In this document: piece after piece, positions 37,033-47,084 of the stretch
Position numbering within the stretch: the first letter of the stretch is position 1
Layout: each line of letters begins with the position of its first letter
Origin: Bacteroidales bacterium
GTDB taxonomy: Bacteria; Bacteroidota; Bacteroidia; Bacteroidales; VadinHA17
Assembly (NCBI GenBank): GCA_007132995.1
Contig: SLNP01000023.1
Location: 618-64,617 of the forward strand
Length of the DNA: 64,000 nucleotides
Direction: 5' to 3'
The notes under the pieces: generated by a model
What the model saw: only the letters and a program-made list of their open reading frames with translations
Database searches by the model: none
Told to the model about the DNA's origin: nothing
Position numbers and translations under genes: made by a program

Positions 37033-39114
37033 CTATTTGTTTACTCTAAAGGGTTTATATGCTTTTCCACCTCCCCTGAAACCGGCGTTTTTATAAAACT
37101 CAACGAAGGTAAGCCTCATCGGGTGAATGAATCCGCCCAGTGATGCCATAAATATGTTTATGGAGTGGCCAATAAGAAGCAGAAGCACGAAAAATAGCCA
37201 TCCGATATATGGTATTGAGAGAAACTGGGATGCAATATCATTAAAGACAAATCCCAGAATCGCAGATGATATCCCAAGTGCGAAAAGCCTGATATAGGAG
37301 AGAAGATCTCCAAATACACCTGTAAGCACATTATAGGTATCCCACACACCACTTCCTATTCTGAAGAAAATATTAAGTGCAGGGTTGTTTAGCAGGAATA
37401 TCAGCACCAACGATATAACGGCAAAAATATTGAACAGGGTGGTACCTCCGCCCTCTCTGATAATACCTACAGCTTCACCTCCCTTGAAGATGATGAGGTT
37501 TATTATCAAGAGCACCCATCCAACTGTTGCCAGGCTGTACCTGAAACCCTTCTGTATGGTTATATTGATAATCTTAACAACCATTCCGAAGATTATCTGC
37601 AGGGCCCCTATCAATATGGCCAGATAGAACATATTGATAGGTTCCTGCATGAGATGCCTGAAGCTTTTAAGCAGTGAGAAGTCGGGCTCTGCACTTCTGA
37701 GAAGAGCAGTACGATGAGGATTCACCTCGCTCTCCATAACTGACTCCATAAGGGTTTCTCTCTCCGGCCTGGGAAGTTGATCCAGATCGCCGGCAATGGC
37801 AGTTGCTCTTGTGGCTGTTATCTCTTCCAGGTAGTCGGATCGCCCCTCTATGCGAACACCCTCCATTGACGAGAGAGCTTCAATTACCGGCGTCGGAACA
37901 CCATCTTCCCGGGCCTCTGCAATGCTCTCCGCGGTGACTCTGTAGCCAGAGTCAATAAGGTTCATTCCAAAAAATGTACCTGATATAAGGCCGAACAACA
38001 CAGTGGCAATACCAAGGTATTTTGCAAGTGACATAATCGGTCTTAATGAGGGCTTTACTCTGTTATACAGAAGGAAACCCGCCCCGATAAATATTAGTCC
38101 GTACCCTGCATCTCCAAGACAGAAGCCAAAAAACATCATAAAGAAAGGTGCGAAGAATGGGGTAAGATCGAGCTCCCTGTAATCGGGCAGATCGAACAGT
38201 TTTGAGATGGGCTCAAACAGCTTTGCAAAGCTGTTGTTCCTGAGCAGCACAGGTATCTTTTCCCCTGGTTCGGGTTCAGATTCCATATAGTAGCAGCCGG
38301 TTTTATCCAGCCTACCTGTAAGCTCTCCGGCACTCTCTTCCGGTATCCATCCCTGTAGCACTATAAGCTTCCCGTCAGCCTCCTCAGCACCCTGCTTCTC
38401 TGCATTGCTGTACTCGATGCTGTTTATCAGCTCCCGCTTGCCATCTTCAAGTGAGTCAAGCCACTGCCGGGCGTTACCGGTAAGCTCTTCCACTATCTCC
38501 CTGTCACGGGCCTCCATCTGCTCTATTTCACTGTAAAGCTGTGGTGCAGACTTCTCTCCGGGCTTTTCCGGATCGGCATCTATATCTATGACCTCATCAG
38601 GTTTGTGAAGAACCACAAAGTAAATTTTCCCTCTTACCTGATTTATCACAGCTATATTGTAGCGCTTCTCCCACTCCTCATCAAACCTTTTTGAGGGGGA
38701 TGAGAAGAATGAGAACTGCCAGCCTTTTTCGGGAAGCTTTTCAATAGCCTTGAGGTCATAATCGCCCCACCCCTCGATCTTGACAGCGTCGCTTCTCATA
38801 AGCTGTATGGCAGAGCTTATCTCTTCGCGCTCTTCCAGCAGCCTTTCAACATCTCTCAAAACCTCATCGGGATTGCCCTTTTCTGCTTCACCCGGTTTGT
38901 CAGCTTCGCTCTCCGAAGAGAGCCTGTTCAATACCCTTATTGCCTTGTCATATCTTTTCAGCATCAGGGTTCTCTCATCTGCCGACTCTTCATCTTCATC
39001 ACTCCTGCCCATTTCCGCAATATGAACAACACCCTCTTCTCTTAATGTGTCAAGAAGATCATGATACTCCCTGTGGTATATAAGAAAGGTGAATTTTTTA
39101 AGTTTTGCTATCAT
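37033..39114 (-). CDS. ntpI: V-type ATP synthase subunit I (a-subunit homolog)
   Basis: Soluble N-terminal coiled-coil half plus a multi-TM C-terminal half ending ...GFIHPMRLTFVEFYKN (contains the conserved Arg). Operon context. Confidence 0.88.
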   Translation of the reverse strand: MIAKLKKFTFLIYHREYHDLLDTLREEGVVHIAEMGRSDEDEESADERTLMLKRYDKAIRVLNRLSSESEADKPGEAEKGNPDEVLRDVERLLEEREEISSAIQLMRSDAVKIEGWGDYDLKAIEKLPEKGWQFSFFSSPSKRFDEEWEKRYNIAVINQVRGKIYFVVLHKPDEVIDIDADPEKPGEKSAPQLYSEIEQMEARDREIVEELTGNARQWLDSLEDGKRELINSIEYSNAEKQGAEEADGKLIVLQGWIPEESAGELTGRLDKTGCYYMESEPEPGEKIPVLLRNNSFAKLFEPISKLFDLPDYRELDLTPFFAPFFMMFFGFCLGDAGYGLIFIGAGFLLYNRVKPSLRPIMSLAKYLGIATVLFGLISGTFFGMNLIDSGYRVTAESIAEAREDGVPTPVIEALSSMEGVRIEGRSDYLEEITATRATAIAGDLDQLPRPERETLMESVMESEVNPHRTALLRSAEPDFSLLKSFRHLMQEPINMFYLAILIGALQIIFGMVVKIINITIQKGFRYSLATVGWVLLIINLIIFKGGEAVGIIREGGGTTLFNIFAVISLVLIFLLNNPALNIFFRIGSGVWDTYNVLTGVFGDLLSYIRLFALGISSAILGFVFNDIASQFLSIPYIGWLFFVLLLLIGHSINIFMASLGGFIHPMRLTFVEFYKNAGFRGGGKAYKPFRVNK

Positions 39115-39728
39115 GCAGTACCCTCCTCCGTTAAGGCGGCAGCTGCTGCCTGCCTGTTCTTAACTATCTTCTGAGCCGACTTATTGAGGTTCTCTTCATC
39201 TTCAAGAAACCTCTTTATCTTTCTTATCGCCTCTTCGTATGCCGGAATCTGTACCTTTTCGTATAGATTAACCTTCTGGGTAGTCTTCTTCCTTGCATGA
39301 TCGAGCAGCTCCATCTTCTCGATATAGATGTCGCGCTTTACCCGCATCTCAGTAAGCTCCTTAAGTATCCTTATGCCGTCTGCAAACCACTTGGGATTAT
39401 TGAACAGAACAAAAGGCTCTGTCTTAAACAGAACATCATTATACTCAGGTATCTTTATCCCGGCAATTTTACGCTTATCGACCTTTATCTCATCAACTCT
39501 CAGCAGCGTATCATCGAACTCGCCCCAGAGCCTGACTCCCTCACTGTACTTCTTGTACAGCTTATCGAGCTCCCTGTCAAGCTTTTCCGCGATGTCCTTC
39601 GCACGCTTCACTTCAGCACGCAGCGCAGACTCCTTGTTTTTCAGGATGGGCAGGGCCCTTACCCTGACATTAAGCTGCTTGTTGAGTAGTTGCAGTGAGG
39701 TCTTGTTATATTGAAACTTTATCGCCAT
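39111..39728 (-). CDS. ntpD: V-type ATP synthase subunit D
   Basis: Coiled-coil 205 aa: NKTSLQLLNKQLNVRVRALPILKNKESALRAEV. 4-nt overlap (ATGA) with subunit I. Confidence 0.9.
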   Translation of the reverse strand: MAIKFQYNKTSLQLLNKQLNVRVRALPILKNKESALRAEVKRAKDIAEKLDRELDKLYKKYSEGVRLWGEFDDTLLRVDEIKVDKRKIAGIKIPEYNDVLFKTEPFVLFNNPKWFADGIRILKELTEMRVKRDIYIEKMELLDHARKKTTQKVNLYEKVQIPAYEEAIRKIKRFLEDEENLNKSAQKIVKNRQAAAAALTEEGTA

Positions 39729-39737
39729 AGTTCACTT

Positions 39738-41069
39738 TTACTCTTTTGTTTCCGGCCAGTACTTCTTCACAAGCTCTTCTTTCATTCCTACCTCCTCTTT
39801 GGCGAAGTTGTCGCTCAACAACTTCCACGCTGTATTGAGCATGGTGTCGGTATCGACATTCACATCTATGGCAAGTAGTTTATCGGAATACCCTTTGGCA
39901 AATGCGAGAGTCCTTTCATCATAGTCGGTAAGGTCAAAACCGTTTTCAAGCTTGGTTTTTGCATTTGCGGCATCTGCATATAGCCGTACAGAGGCATTCA
40001 TGACCTGTGAGTGATCCTCTCTTGTTTTCTTGCCGATTACAAGCTGCTTAAGCCTTGAAAGCGAACGGAACGGGTCAATAATTACTTTACCTATGTCGGT
40101 GTCACGACGCAAGAAGAGCTGCCCCTCGGTAATATATCCGGTGTTGTCGGGTATAGCGTGGGTAATGTCACCACCAGATATTGTGGTAACAGCAATAATA
40201 GTGATGGAACCGCCATCGGGGAACTGTACCGCCTTCTCGTATATCTTCGCAAGGTCACTGTAAAGTGAACCGGGCATACTGTCTTTTGATGGTATCTGAT
40301 CCATTCTGTTCGATACTATCGACAGGGCATCCGAGTAGAGGGTCATATCCGTAAGCAGCACCAATACCTTCTGCTTTTTCTCCACGGCGAAGTACTCGGC
40401 CGCTGAAAGAGCCATATCGGGTACCAGCAGTCTCTCTACGGGCGGATTCTCTGTGGTGTTGATGAAAGCGACAATTCGCTCCAGGGCGCCTGCGTTTTCG
40501 AAAACACTTTTAAAATAGAGATAGTCATCATTTGTAAGACCCATCCCCCCGAGAATGATCTTGTCTGCCTGTGCCCTCAGGGCAACCATCGCCATTATCT
40601 GGTTATAAGGCTGATCAGGGTCTGCAAAGAAAGGAATCTTCTGACCTGTAACAAGAGTGTTGTTAAGGTCTATACCGGCAATACCTGTTGCTATAAGCTC
40701 CGAAGGCTGTTTACGCCTTACAGGGTTTACAGACGGGCCACCGATCTCCCTCTCCTGCCCCATCAGTTCGGGACCTCCGTCAATCGGACGGCCGTAGGCG
40801 TTGAGGAACCTGCCACCAAGGTCGTCACCCACCTTAAGTGCAGGTGGCTTACCCATAAAAATAACCTCTGCGTCTGTAGGTATGCCCTCGGTTCCCGAGA
40901 ATATCTGCAGGGTAACCTCATTGCCTATTATTTTTACCACCTGTGCCAGTTTACCATTCACAATAGCCAGCTCTTCGTTGCCTATGCCATCAGCATTAAG
41001 AGAGCAGGTAGCCTTGGTAATCTTGGTAATTTTGGTAAATATTTTTTGAAAAGCTCTGGTCTCAGTCAT
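39738..41069 (-). CDS. ntpB: V-type ATP synthase subunit B
   Basis: Non-catalytic nucleotide-binding subunit. Motifs ...GQKIPFFADPDQPYN..., SMPGSLYSDLAKIYEKA, ITEGQLFL. Confidence 0.93.
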   Translation of the reverse strand: MTETRAFQKIFTKITKITKATCSLNADGIGNEELAIVNGKLAQVVKIIGNEVTLQIFSGTEGIPTDAEVIFMGKPPALKVGDDLGGRFLNAYGRPIDGGPELMGQEREIGGPSVNPVRRKQPSELIATGIAGIDLNNTLVTGQKIPFFADPDQPYNQIMAMVALRAQADKIILGGMGLTNDDYLYFKSVFENAGALERIVAFINTTENPPVERLLVPDMALSAAEYFAVEKKQKVLVLLTDMTLYSDALSIVSNRMDQIPSKDSMPGSLYSDLAKIYEKAVQFPDGGSITIIAVTTISGGDITHAIPDNTGYITEGQLFLRRDTDIGKVIIDPFRSLSRLKQLVIGKKTREDHSQVMNASVRLYADAANAKTKLENGFDLTDYDERTLAFAKGYSDKLLAIDVNVDTDTMLNTAWKLLSDNFAKEEVGMKEELVKKYWPETKE

Positions 41070-41071
41070 CT

Positions 41072-42820
41072 CTATTTCTCTTTAAGTATCTCAATAAGCT
41101 CATTATGATATTTCTCGAAGTCGTCAGTCTCAAAGTCTGAGAAGTTCATCTGACGCATCACATTTATTACCTTCTTAAACCAGAAGGCCACCTCATCAAA
41201 GTTCTCAAACTCAAACTCCCTGTCGGTTATCTCCAGAACCTTGTAGAGCATAAACTTCTGTTTCTTCATCGGACAGAAACGGTCGGTTTCGTCAAGGGCG
41301 TCCTGCTGGCTTATGATGAAATCGACCAGCTCACCCTTCCAGAACACAATATGATAATCGATCGGAACACCGTCATCTCCCAGAATATTGATCTGCTCCT
41401 GCGCCTCTTTACTTCTGAGCAGGTAGTTCTTTGCCTCTACAACCTTATCGTGCCAGTCGGGAGCGATATTCTGTTTCATATACTCCCTTACCTCTTCGTA
41501 ATCTATATATTTTGAATAGCTGTCTGTAGGGTCTATTGCCGGATATCTCTTTGAATCGGATCTTTGCTGGGAGAGAGCATAGAAGCACCTTGCGGCCTTC
41601 TTTGTAGACTCTGTAACAGGTTCTTTAAGGTTACCACCAGCAGGTGATACAGTACCCAGAAATGTTATAGACCCGGTTTTGCCGTTTGGCAGTTCAACAT
41701 ATCCTGCCCTGGCGTAGAAGTTTGAGATAATTGCCGGAAGGTCCATCGGGAAGGCGTCGGGACCGGGAAGCTCCTCCATACGATTCGACATCTCTCTCAG
41801 GGCCTGTGCCCATCTGGATGTAGAGTCGGCAAGAAGAAGAATTTTGAGTCCCATTGACCTGTAATACTCTGCTATTGTCATTGCGGTGTAGACCGAAGCC
41901 TCCCTTGCCGCAACAGGCATGTTTGAGGTGTTTGCAATGATTGTTGTTCTCTCAATGAGCTTACGACCGGTTCTTGTATCTTCCAATTCGGGGAACTCCG
42001 AGAAGATCTCAACGACCTCGTTGGCCCTCTCTCCGCATGCGGCTATTACAACCATATCTGCTTCAGCCTGCTTTGATATCGCATGCTGAAGTACTGTCTT
42101 TCCGCATCCGAATGGTCCGGGAATAAAACCTGTACCTCCTTCAGCAAGGGGATTAAGGGTATCAAACATTCTCAGTCCGGTCTCGAGTATCTTGAAGGGC
42201 CTTGGCTTGTTGACATAAGCCTTTATAGGTATTTTAACCGGCCACTTCTGTATCATGGTTATATCATGGTCTCTTCCCTTATCGCATGTTACAACGGCTA
42301 TCTTGTCAGATGCAAGGTACTCACCCTCGTCAGCAAGCCATTTAACCTTGTAAGACTCTTCCATCTTGAACGGAACCATAATCTTGTGGGGCATCCAGTT
42401 CTCTGTTACCTCTCCAAGCCACGATCCGGCGGTTACTGTATCGTCAACCGCTGCAAGAGGCTTAAAGCTCCATTTTTTATCTTCTTCAAGGGGGTAGGTA
42501 TAATCGCCCTTACGAAGGAAGACACCCTCCATCTTATCGAGGTCATTCTGAAGACCGTCATAGTTGCGTGATAAAATACCGGGTCCGAGTGTTACCTCAA
42601 GCATACCTCCGGTAAATTCAACATCAGTACCAACCTTAATACCCCTGGTGCTCTCAAACACCTGTACAAAAGCTTGATTGCCCGATACCTTTATGATCTC
42701 TGCCATCAGGGGGGTGCCCTCATGGTTTATCATACAGATCTCATTCTGTGCAACCACTCCTTCGGTATTGACTATCACAAGGTTGGATATAATACCGTAA
42801 ACTTTTCCTTTTGTCTGCAT
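41072..42820 (-). CDS. ntpA: V-type ATP synthase catalytic subunit A
   Basis: Walker A GPFGCGKTV, RTTIIANTSNMPVAAREASVY, LLADSTSRWAQALRE. Confidence 0.95.
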   Translation of the reverse strand: MQTKGKVYGIISNLVIVNTEGVVAQNEICMINHEGTPLMAEIIKVSGNQAFVQVFESTRGIKVGTDVEFTGGMLEVTLGPGILSRNYDGLQNDLDKMEGVFLRKGDYTYPLEEDKKWSFKPLAAVDDTVTAGSWLGEVTENWMPHKIMVPFKMEESYKVKWLADEGEYLASDKIAVVTCDKGRDHDITMIQKWPVKIPIKAYVNKPRPFKILETGLRMFDTLNPLAEGGTGFIPGPFGCGKTVLQHAISKQAEADMVVIAACGERANEVVEIFSEFPELEDTRTGRKLIERTTIIANTSNMPVAAREASVYTAMTIAEYYRSMGLKILLLADSTSRWAQALREMSNRMEELPGPDAFPMDLPAIISNFYARAGYVELPNGKTGSITFLGTVSPAGGNLKEPVTESTKKAARCFYALSQQRSDSKRYPAIDPTDSYSKYIDYEEVREYMKQNIAPDWHDKVVEAKNYLLRSKEAQEQINILGDDGVPIDYHIVFWKGELVDFIISQQDALDETDRFCPMKKQKFMLYKVLEITDREFEFENFDEVAFWFKKVINVMRQMNFSDFETDDFEKYHNELIEILKEK

Positions 42821-42860
42821 ATTATCTGTTATTATCTATACTTACTCTTTCTTAAATTTA

Positions 42861-43706
42861 TTAGGCCTCCTCTTCAACCTTTACCTCTTTCAGCTCTGAT
42901 ACAAGTTTAAGAAGGACCTTTTCGCCCGTTTCACGATCCAGTTTACGCCACCTGTCAGCTATCAGAAGCTTGGTAGTATATCCCAGTATGTAGTCTATGG
43001 TGAAATACTCGAAAAAGATCAGATCATTAATGTACTCCCACCTGGTCATATCGCTTTTGAGCTCCCTCTCAATGAATGATGTTTCGGTAGCTATGGTGAA
43101 GAGTTCTGTTGCATAATCTGGTTCCGGAGGAACCCTGGTCTCCCCTTTCCTTCGTGATACGGCTCTTAGCTCATGGGCAAGGTCATTGCTGCCAACTATT
43201 TGGTCTGCAGCATCTACACCAAGCTCTTGTGAGTTTCTGAGGGCAAATATGTTATTGAAATTAAGCTGGTACTCATACCATCTTCTCAGGAACCTGTTTT
43301 TTGAGTTAATCACCATCTCATAATACCCTTCGGTAAGCATCTTCTCGGCAACTACAGGATCTATCTCCTTTTCATCATCAAGCCACTTTACAATGACTTT
43401 GACCATATATTCAGGCAGATTATCCTTGACAGGCACTATCGAGTTTAATCGCGACACCTGCTCATCGAAATCTTCAACAGAGTAGTTACCAAGGCTTTCG
43501 TACTCATTCTCTTCTCCCGTCAGATAAGCTATAAGGTTGTTGTTGTCATAGGGAAGAAAGAGCATCTCTGCCAGTTTGTGATCTTTGGGGTGCAGAGCTG
43601 TTTTCAGCTCTTCCCTGAACTGTTCGGGTGAGACAAGGTTTTTCTTCTCATCGAAAGTAAGATCATACAGCCCGGCGACAAAGCAGTGGTAGTATCTTTT
43701 AAACAT
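42861..43706 (-). CDS. DUF2764 protein (Bacteroidota V-ATPase operon member, presumed C/d-like subunit)
   Basis: MFKRYYHCFVAGLYDL N-terminus typical of DUF2764. Position between the E and A genes. ATG at 43706 is preferred over TTG at 43724. Confidence 0.7.
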   Translation of the reverse strand: MFKRYYHCFVAGLYDLTFDEKKNLVSPEQFREELKTALHPKDHKLAEMLFLPYDNNNLIAYLTGEENEYESLGNYSVEDFDEQVSRLNSIVPVKDNLPEYMVKVIVKWLDDEKEIDPVVAEKMLTEGYYEMVINSKNRFLRRWYEYQLNFNNIFALRNSQELGVDAADQIVGSNDLAHELRAVSRRKGETRVPPEPDYATELFTIATETSFIERELKSDMTRWEYINDLIFFEYFTIDYILGYTTKLLIADRWRKLDRETGEKVLLKLVSELKEVKVEEEA

Positions 43707-43710
43707 ATTA

Positions 43711-44328
43711 TCAGCCCTCTTCAAATAGTATTTCTATCAGCTTGGGTCTTATGAACTCCCTGAGGTATGACTCTATATCGCCTCCTGTAACACTTATCTT
43801 GAATCCTCCCTCTGGCGATACCAATTCGAATCCGGTATCTATTCTGGAAACGGGCTTTATAATCAGTGATGAGCCAAGTTCCTTCTGAAGCGACTTCTTC
43901 AGTTTTTTCTCAATATCATCGCTCTTCCCGTCGGGAAGAAGCACCTCCATAGGGGCACCGGCGGTAGTATCCGGCTTCCAGTTACTGTAAAGAGTCTCTA
44001 TCAGACCGGCAACAAAGTCGCTGTTATTGAGGGCATCATTTACCGGTTCGGAAATTATTGCAGAAGAGAGTCTCTTCTCAAGCTCCTGCTTAAATGTGTT
44101 GGCGGCATGTCTGAATGATATCTTCAGCTCAGACCTGCCATTATTAATAAGTTCATCGGCCTTTCTGTTTGCCTCCTCAACAATTTCACCGGCCCTCTCT
44201 TCTGCCTCCTTTAATATCTTCTCAGATTCCTTTCTGGCCTCTGAAATGATCGCTTCGGCCTCTTTGTTAGCCTTCGAGATGCCTTCCTGATATATCTTAT
44301 CAGTAAGCTCCTGTAGTCTGTTCTCCAT
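43711..44328 (-). CDS. ntpE: V-type ATP synthase subunit E
   Basis: Long N-terminal helix LQELTDKIYQEGISKANKEAEAIISEARKESEKILKEAEERA. Operon position. ATG at 44328 is preferred over TTG at 44334. Confidence 0.85.
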   Translation of the reverse strand: MENRLQELTDKIYQEGISKANKEAEAIISEARKESEKILKEAEERAGEIVEEANRKADELINNGRSELKISFRHAANTFKQELEKRLSSAIISEPVNDALNNSDFVAGLIETLYSNWKPDTTAGAPMEVLLPDGKSDDIEKKLKKSLQKELGSSLIIKPVSRIDTGFELVSPEGGFKISVTGGDIESYLREFIRPKLIEILFEEG

Positions 44329-44372
44329 TGTCAAAATAGATTTTGTTATATTATTACTATGTTACTTTTTTA

Positions 44373-44380
44373 CAAATTTA
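44373..44380 (-). promoter_or_regulatory. Candidate -7 promoter box TAAATTTG for the V-ATPase operon
   Basis: The minus strand reads TAAATTTG (TAnnTTTG), about 45 nt upstream of the subunit E ATG. Confidence 0.35.
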
Positions 44381-44405
44381 TAGTACACTACCCTCTTCCC
44401 TGATC

Positions 44406-45281
44406 TTAAACATCAAAGAGGCTGCCCACTCTTGGCACAACATTAATTACCGGTGTAACCGAGTGGTGTATTATATCCTTGGCAAAGGGGCCTATATATT
44501 CACCAAACATCATCATCTTCTCTCCTGTCATTATCATTATCATATCAGGGTTAATCTGAGCAGCGCTCTTCAGGAATATATCCGCCTGTTTGCCTTTGGT
44601 CTCCGTTATCAGCAGGACCTCGCAGCTGACACCCTCGTTCTTGAGCTGCTCTTCCATGGCAATAGCCTTCCTGTAGGCGAGGCTTCTCCTCTTGTCGATA
44701 TTGATGTCGAGAACCGATATTATGGTTATTTTGGCCTTAAATGCTTTGGCTATAAATATGGCCCACCTCATTTTTGTATCGGTCTTCTTTGAGATGTCAA
44801 CAGGTATTACGATGTTGTTGACATTCTCTGCGGTTGAGTCATTATTTATGGTAAGTATCGGGCAGAAGGCACGACCTATCAGTTTTTCGGCGTTGTGTCT
44901 TCTGAAAGCTGCAAACTTTCCGATAAGCCTTTTGCTTTTCTTAATTATAATAAGCTGCGAGGCAAACTCCTTTGAGGCCTCTATAATGTTATTGATGAGT
45001 CCGCCACACCTTACATCGGTCGAAATATAGTCTGGTATCTCGCCATCAAAGATATTGAGCAAAAACTCTTCCAGTCTCCCTTTTGCTCTTGCTATGGCAG
45101 ATTCGGTTGCATCACTTCCTCTGAGTAACCGTGCAAATCTGCTCCTGCCGGGTATTATAGTCATAACAATAATACGCGAGCCAAAAACAGAGTGGAACTT
45201 CACTGCCTGATCAACGGCAATCTCACCCTCTCTGGTAAGGGCGACCGGAACCAATATTTTTTCAATCCTCTTTAATTTCAT
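44406..45281 (-). CDS. Universal stress protein, tandem Usp domains
   Basis: Two UspA-like halves (KILVPVALTREGEIAVDQAVKF...; NIVIPVDISKKTDTKMRWAIFIAKAF...). 291 aa. Confidence 0.8.
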   Translation of the reverse strand: MKLKRIEKILVPVALTREGEIAVDQAVKFHSVFGSRIIVMTIIPGRSRFARLLRGSDATESAIARAKGRLEEFLLNIFDGEIPDYISTDVRCGGLINNIIEASKEFASQLIIIKKSKRLIGKFAAFRRHNAEKLIGRAFCPILTINNDSTAENVNNIVIPVDISKKTDTKMRWAIFIAKAFKAKITIISVLDINIDKRRSLAYRKAIAMEEQLKNEGVSCEVLLITETKGKQADIFLKSAAQINPDMIMIMTGEKMMMFGEYIGPFAKDIIHHSVTPVINVVPRVGSLFDV

Positions 45282-45408
45282 AGGTCTGGCTGTTAAAGTT
45301 GCAATAGACAGACAATATCAGAATTAATAACTCTACAGTCAATACCGAACCAAACTTTACAGAACGATATCTCTTTCTGATTGGGTAACCGATTACCAAT
45401 TGTGGTTA

Positions 45409-46845
45409 TCAGGCAATAACTCTTCGGTCAGGTTTAAAGCGCACCCATCCGTTGGCCCACGAGAGAAGGAAGAACAGAATCATTATCCCTCCCGCAGAAA
45501 ATATTGAGCCCCACGCTCCAAGGCTAACTATAATAAAGGGAGCCGTGGCGGTAAGAAACCCTCCGCCGAAAAAGGGCTCATAAAGCATCTGCTTGAAGCC
45601 AAACGCCTGCGCGGTATCTGTTTTATACTCCGGATCAACAAGCCGTAAAAGAAGCAGTCCAACGGCCGTCACACCTGTCTGCATGCCATATTCTGTTATA
45701 CCCTTTTCGAACCAGTTCACAGGCAGCATTCTTGGTGCAAGAAAGACAAGACAGATATATATCCATGCCACACCGAACACCATAAGTATCAGGAATGGCC
45801 AGAGATTTTCAAAAAAGAGATCGAGCCTCAGTGTTGATATGGCAGCTACTACGAGAAAGTCGAGTGATACACCCAGTATTCTGTCAAAGCTTTTTTTGTC
45901 ATAGTATTGGTCTACCTTAATAACCTTCGATATAAGCTGTACCACCATTCCACCCATCATAGCGAGTGGGAAGAGAGGAAAGCCCTCAAGGGCAGGGTGC
46001 AGGTTTTTAACACCGGCAAATGGGAACATAAGCACCTTTACTATACCGGGTTTGCCCTCGAAAAAGGAGTGCATTGGCCCTATACCGTTAAGAAAGAGCC
46101 ATCCTACAAGCACAGATATACCAACAATTGCAAAATGGAAGGCAAGTGGTTCAATCGACTCTCCTGCCACCGTTGAGGTAGATATGGTCTGTCTGTCTGA
46201 CTCATTCTTTATAAGGCCGCTCTTTTTAAACTCAGGTATCCCCTTTGAGGCATCAATATTTCTTGAGTAGCCCTTCCTTATGGCTACATTAATATATATA
46301 ATGCCACCGACAACCGCCACAATTATTCCGACAGTTGCTGACATGTACGCCAGCGCAGCCCCCTCGGGGAAGCCTATACCTGCAAAAACTTCCTCCATAC
46401 CGGCTGCAGTACCGTGCCCTCCTGCAAATCCGATTTCCAGAATAGTACCGAAAGCCGGGTGTACATTAAAGAGTGGAATAAGAAGCAGGGCCGTTACCAG
46501 CATGGCTATGAAATATTGCCCTGACCCTATAATCATTCCGTAGCATAGTTGGCTGCCTCCGGTACGCCACAATGTTCTGACACCCGGAATAAACACACCC
46601 AGAAACAGCGTGGCAAAGACGATATTGATAAGTATGCCCGGCAACTGACGCCATGAGATAAGAAGTGTTTCGGGAATAATGTCAAAAACAAAGGGTCCGG
46701 CCGTCAGGCCAATAAATCCTCCGATTATGGAGGCTGGCAGAAATATTGTCTGAAACAATTTGAGTTTCGCCCTCAGTATCTTTCCGGCTATCAGAAAGAG
46801 GCAGAGTATGCAGATGCTGAAGAATACAGAGATAAGACCTTCCAT
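45409..46845 (-). CDS. Sodium/glutamate symporter family (GltS/ESS-like) transporter
   Basis: N-terminus and FAGGHGTAAG motif resemble E. coli GltS. Polytopic. 478 aa, longer than GltS. Confidence 0.6.
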   Translation of the reverse strand: MEGLISVFFSICILCLFLIAGKILRAKLKLFQTIFLPASIIGGFIGLTAGPFVFDIIPETLLISWRQLPGILINIVFATLFLGVFIPGVRTLWRTGGSQLCYGMIIGSGQYFIAMLVTALLLIPLFNVHPAFGTILEIGFAGGHGTAAGMEEVFAGIGFPEGAALAYMSATVGIIVAVVGGIIYINVAIRKGYSRNIDASKGIPEFKKSGLIKNESDRQTISTSTVAGESIEPLAFHFAIVGISVLVGWLFLNGIGPMHSFFEGKPGIVKVLMFPFAGVKNLHPALEGFPLFPLAMMGGMVVQLISKVIKVDQYYDKKSFDRILGVSLDFLVVAAISTLRLDLFFENLWPFLILMVFGVAWIYICLVFLAPRMLPVNWFEKGITEYGMQTGVTAVGLLLLRLVDPEYKTDTAQAFGFKQMLYEPFFGGGFLTATAPFIIVSLGAWGSIFSAGGIMILFFLLSWANGWVRFKPDRRVIA

Positions 46846-47084
46846 TTGCCCCGTTTATCCTTAAATTTCAAAAGGTCGCAATATAGTCAAAGCCCGCCAA
46901 TTTTTTTTATAGCAAAAGTCATGAAATCTCGACGATTAACAATTTTTATTCCAGAAACTACTCCTTCTCTACTGCTGCTCTTTAATTTGGCGTACTCTGT
47001 TTTGAGGTATTTGAGTACCTTTGGCACTTTTTGTTACCATAGCCCACCAGCGGGCCTGGTATTGATAATATTATCTGTTGGGAG

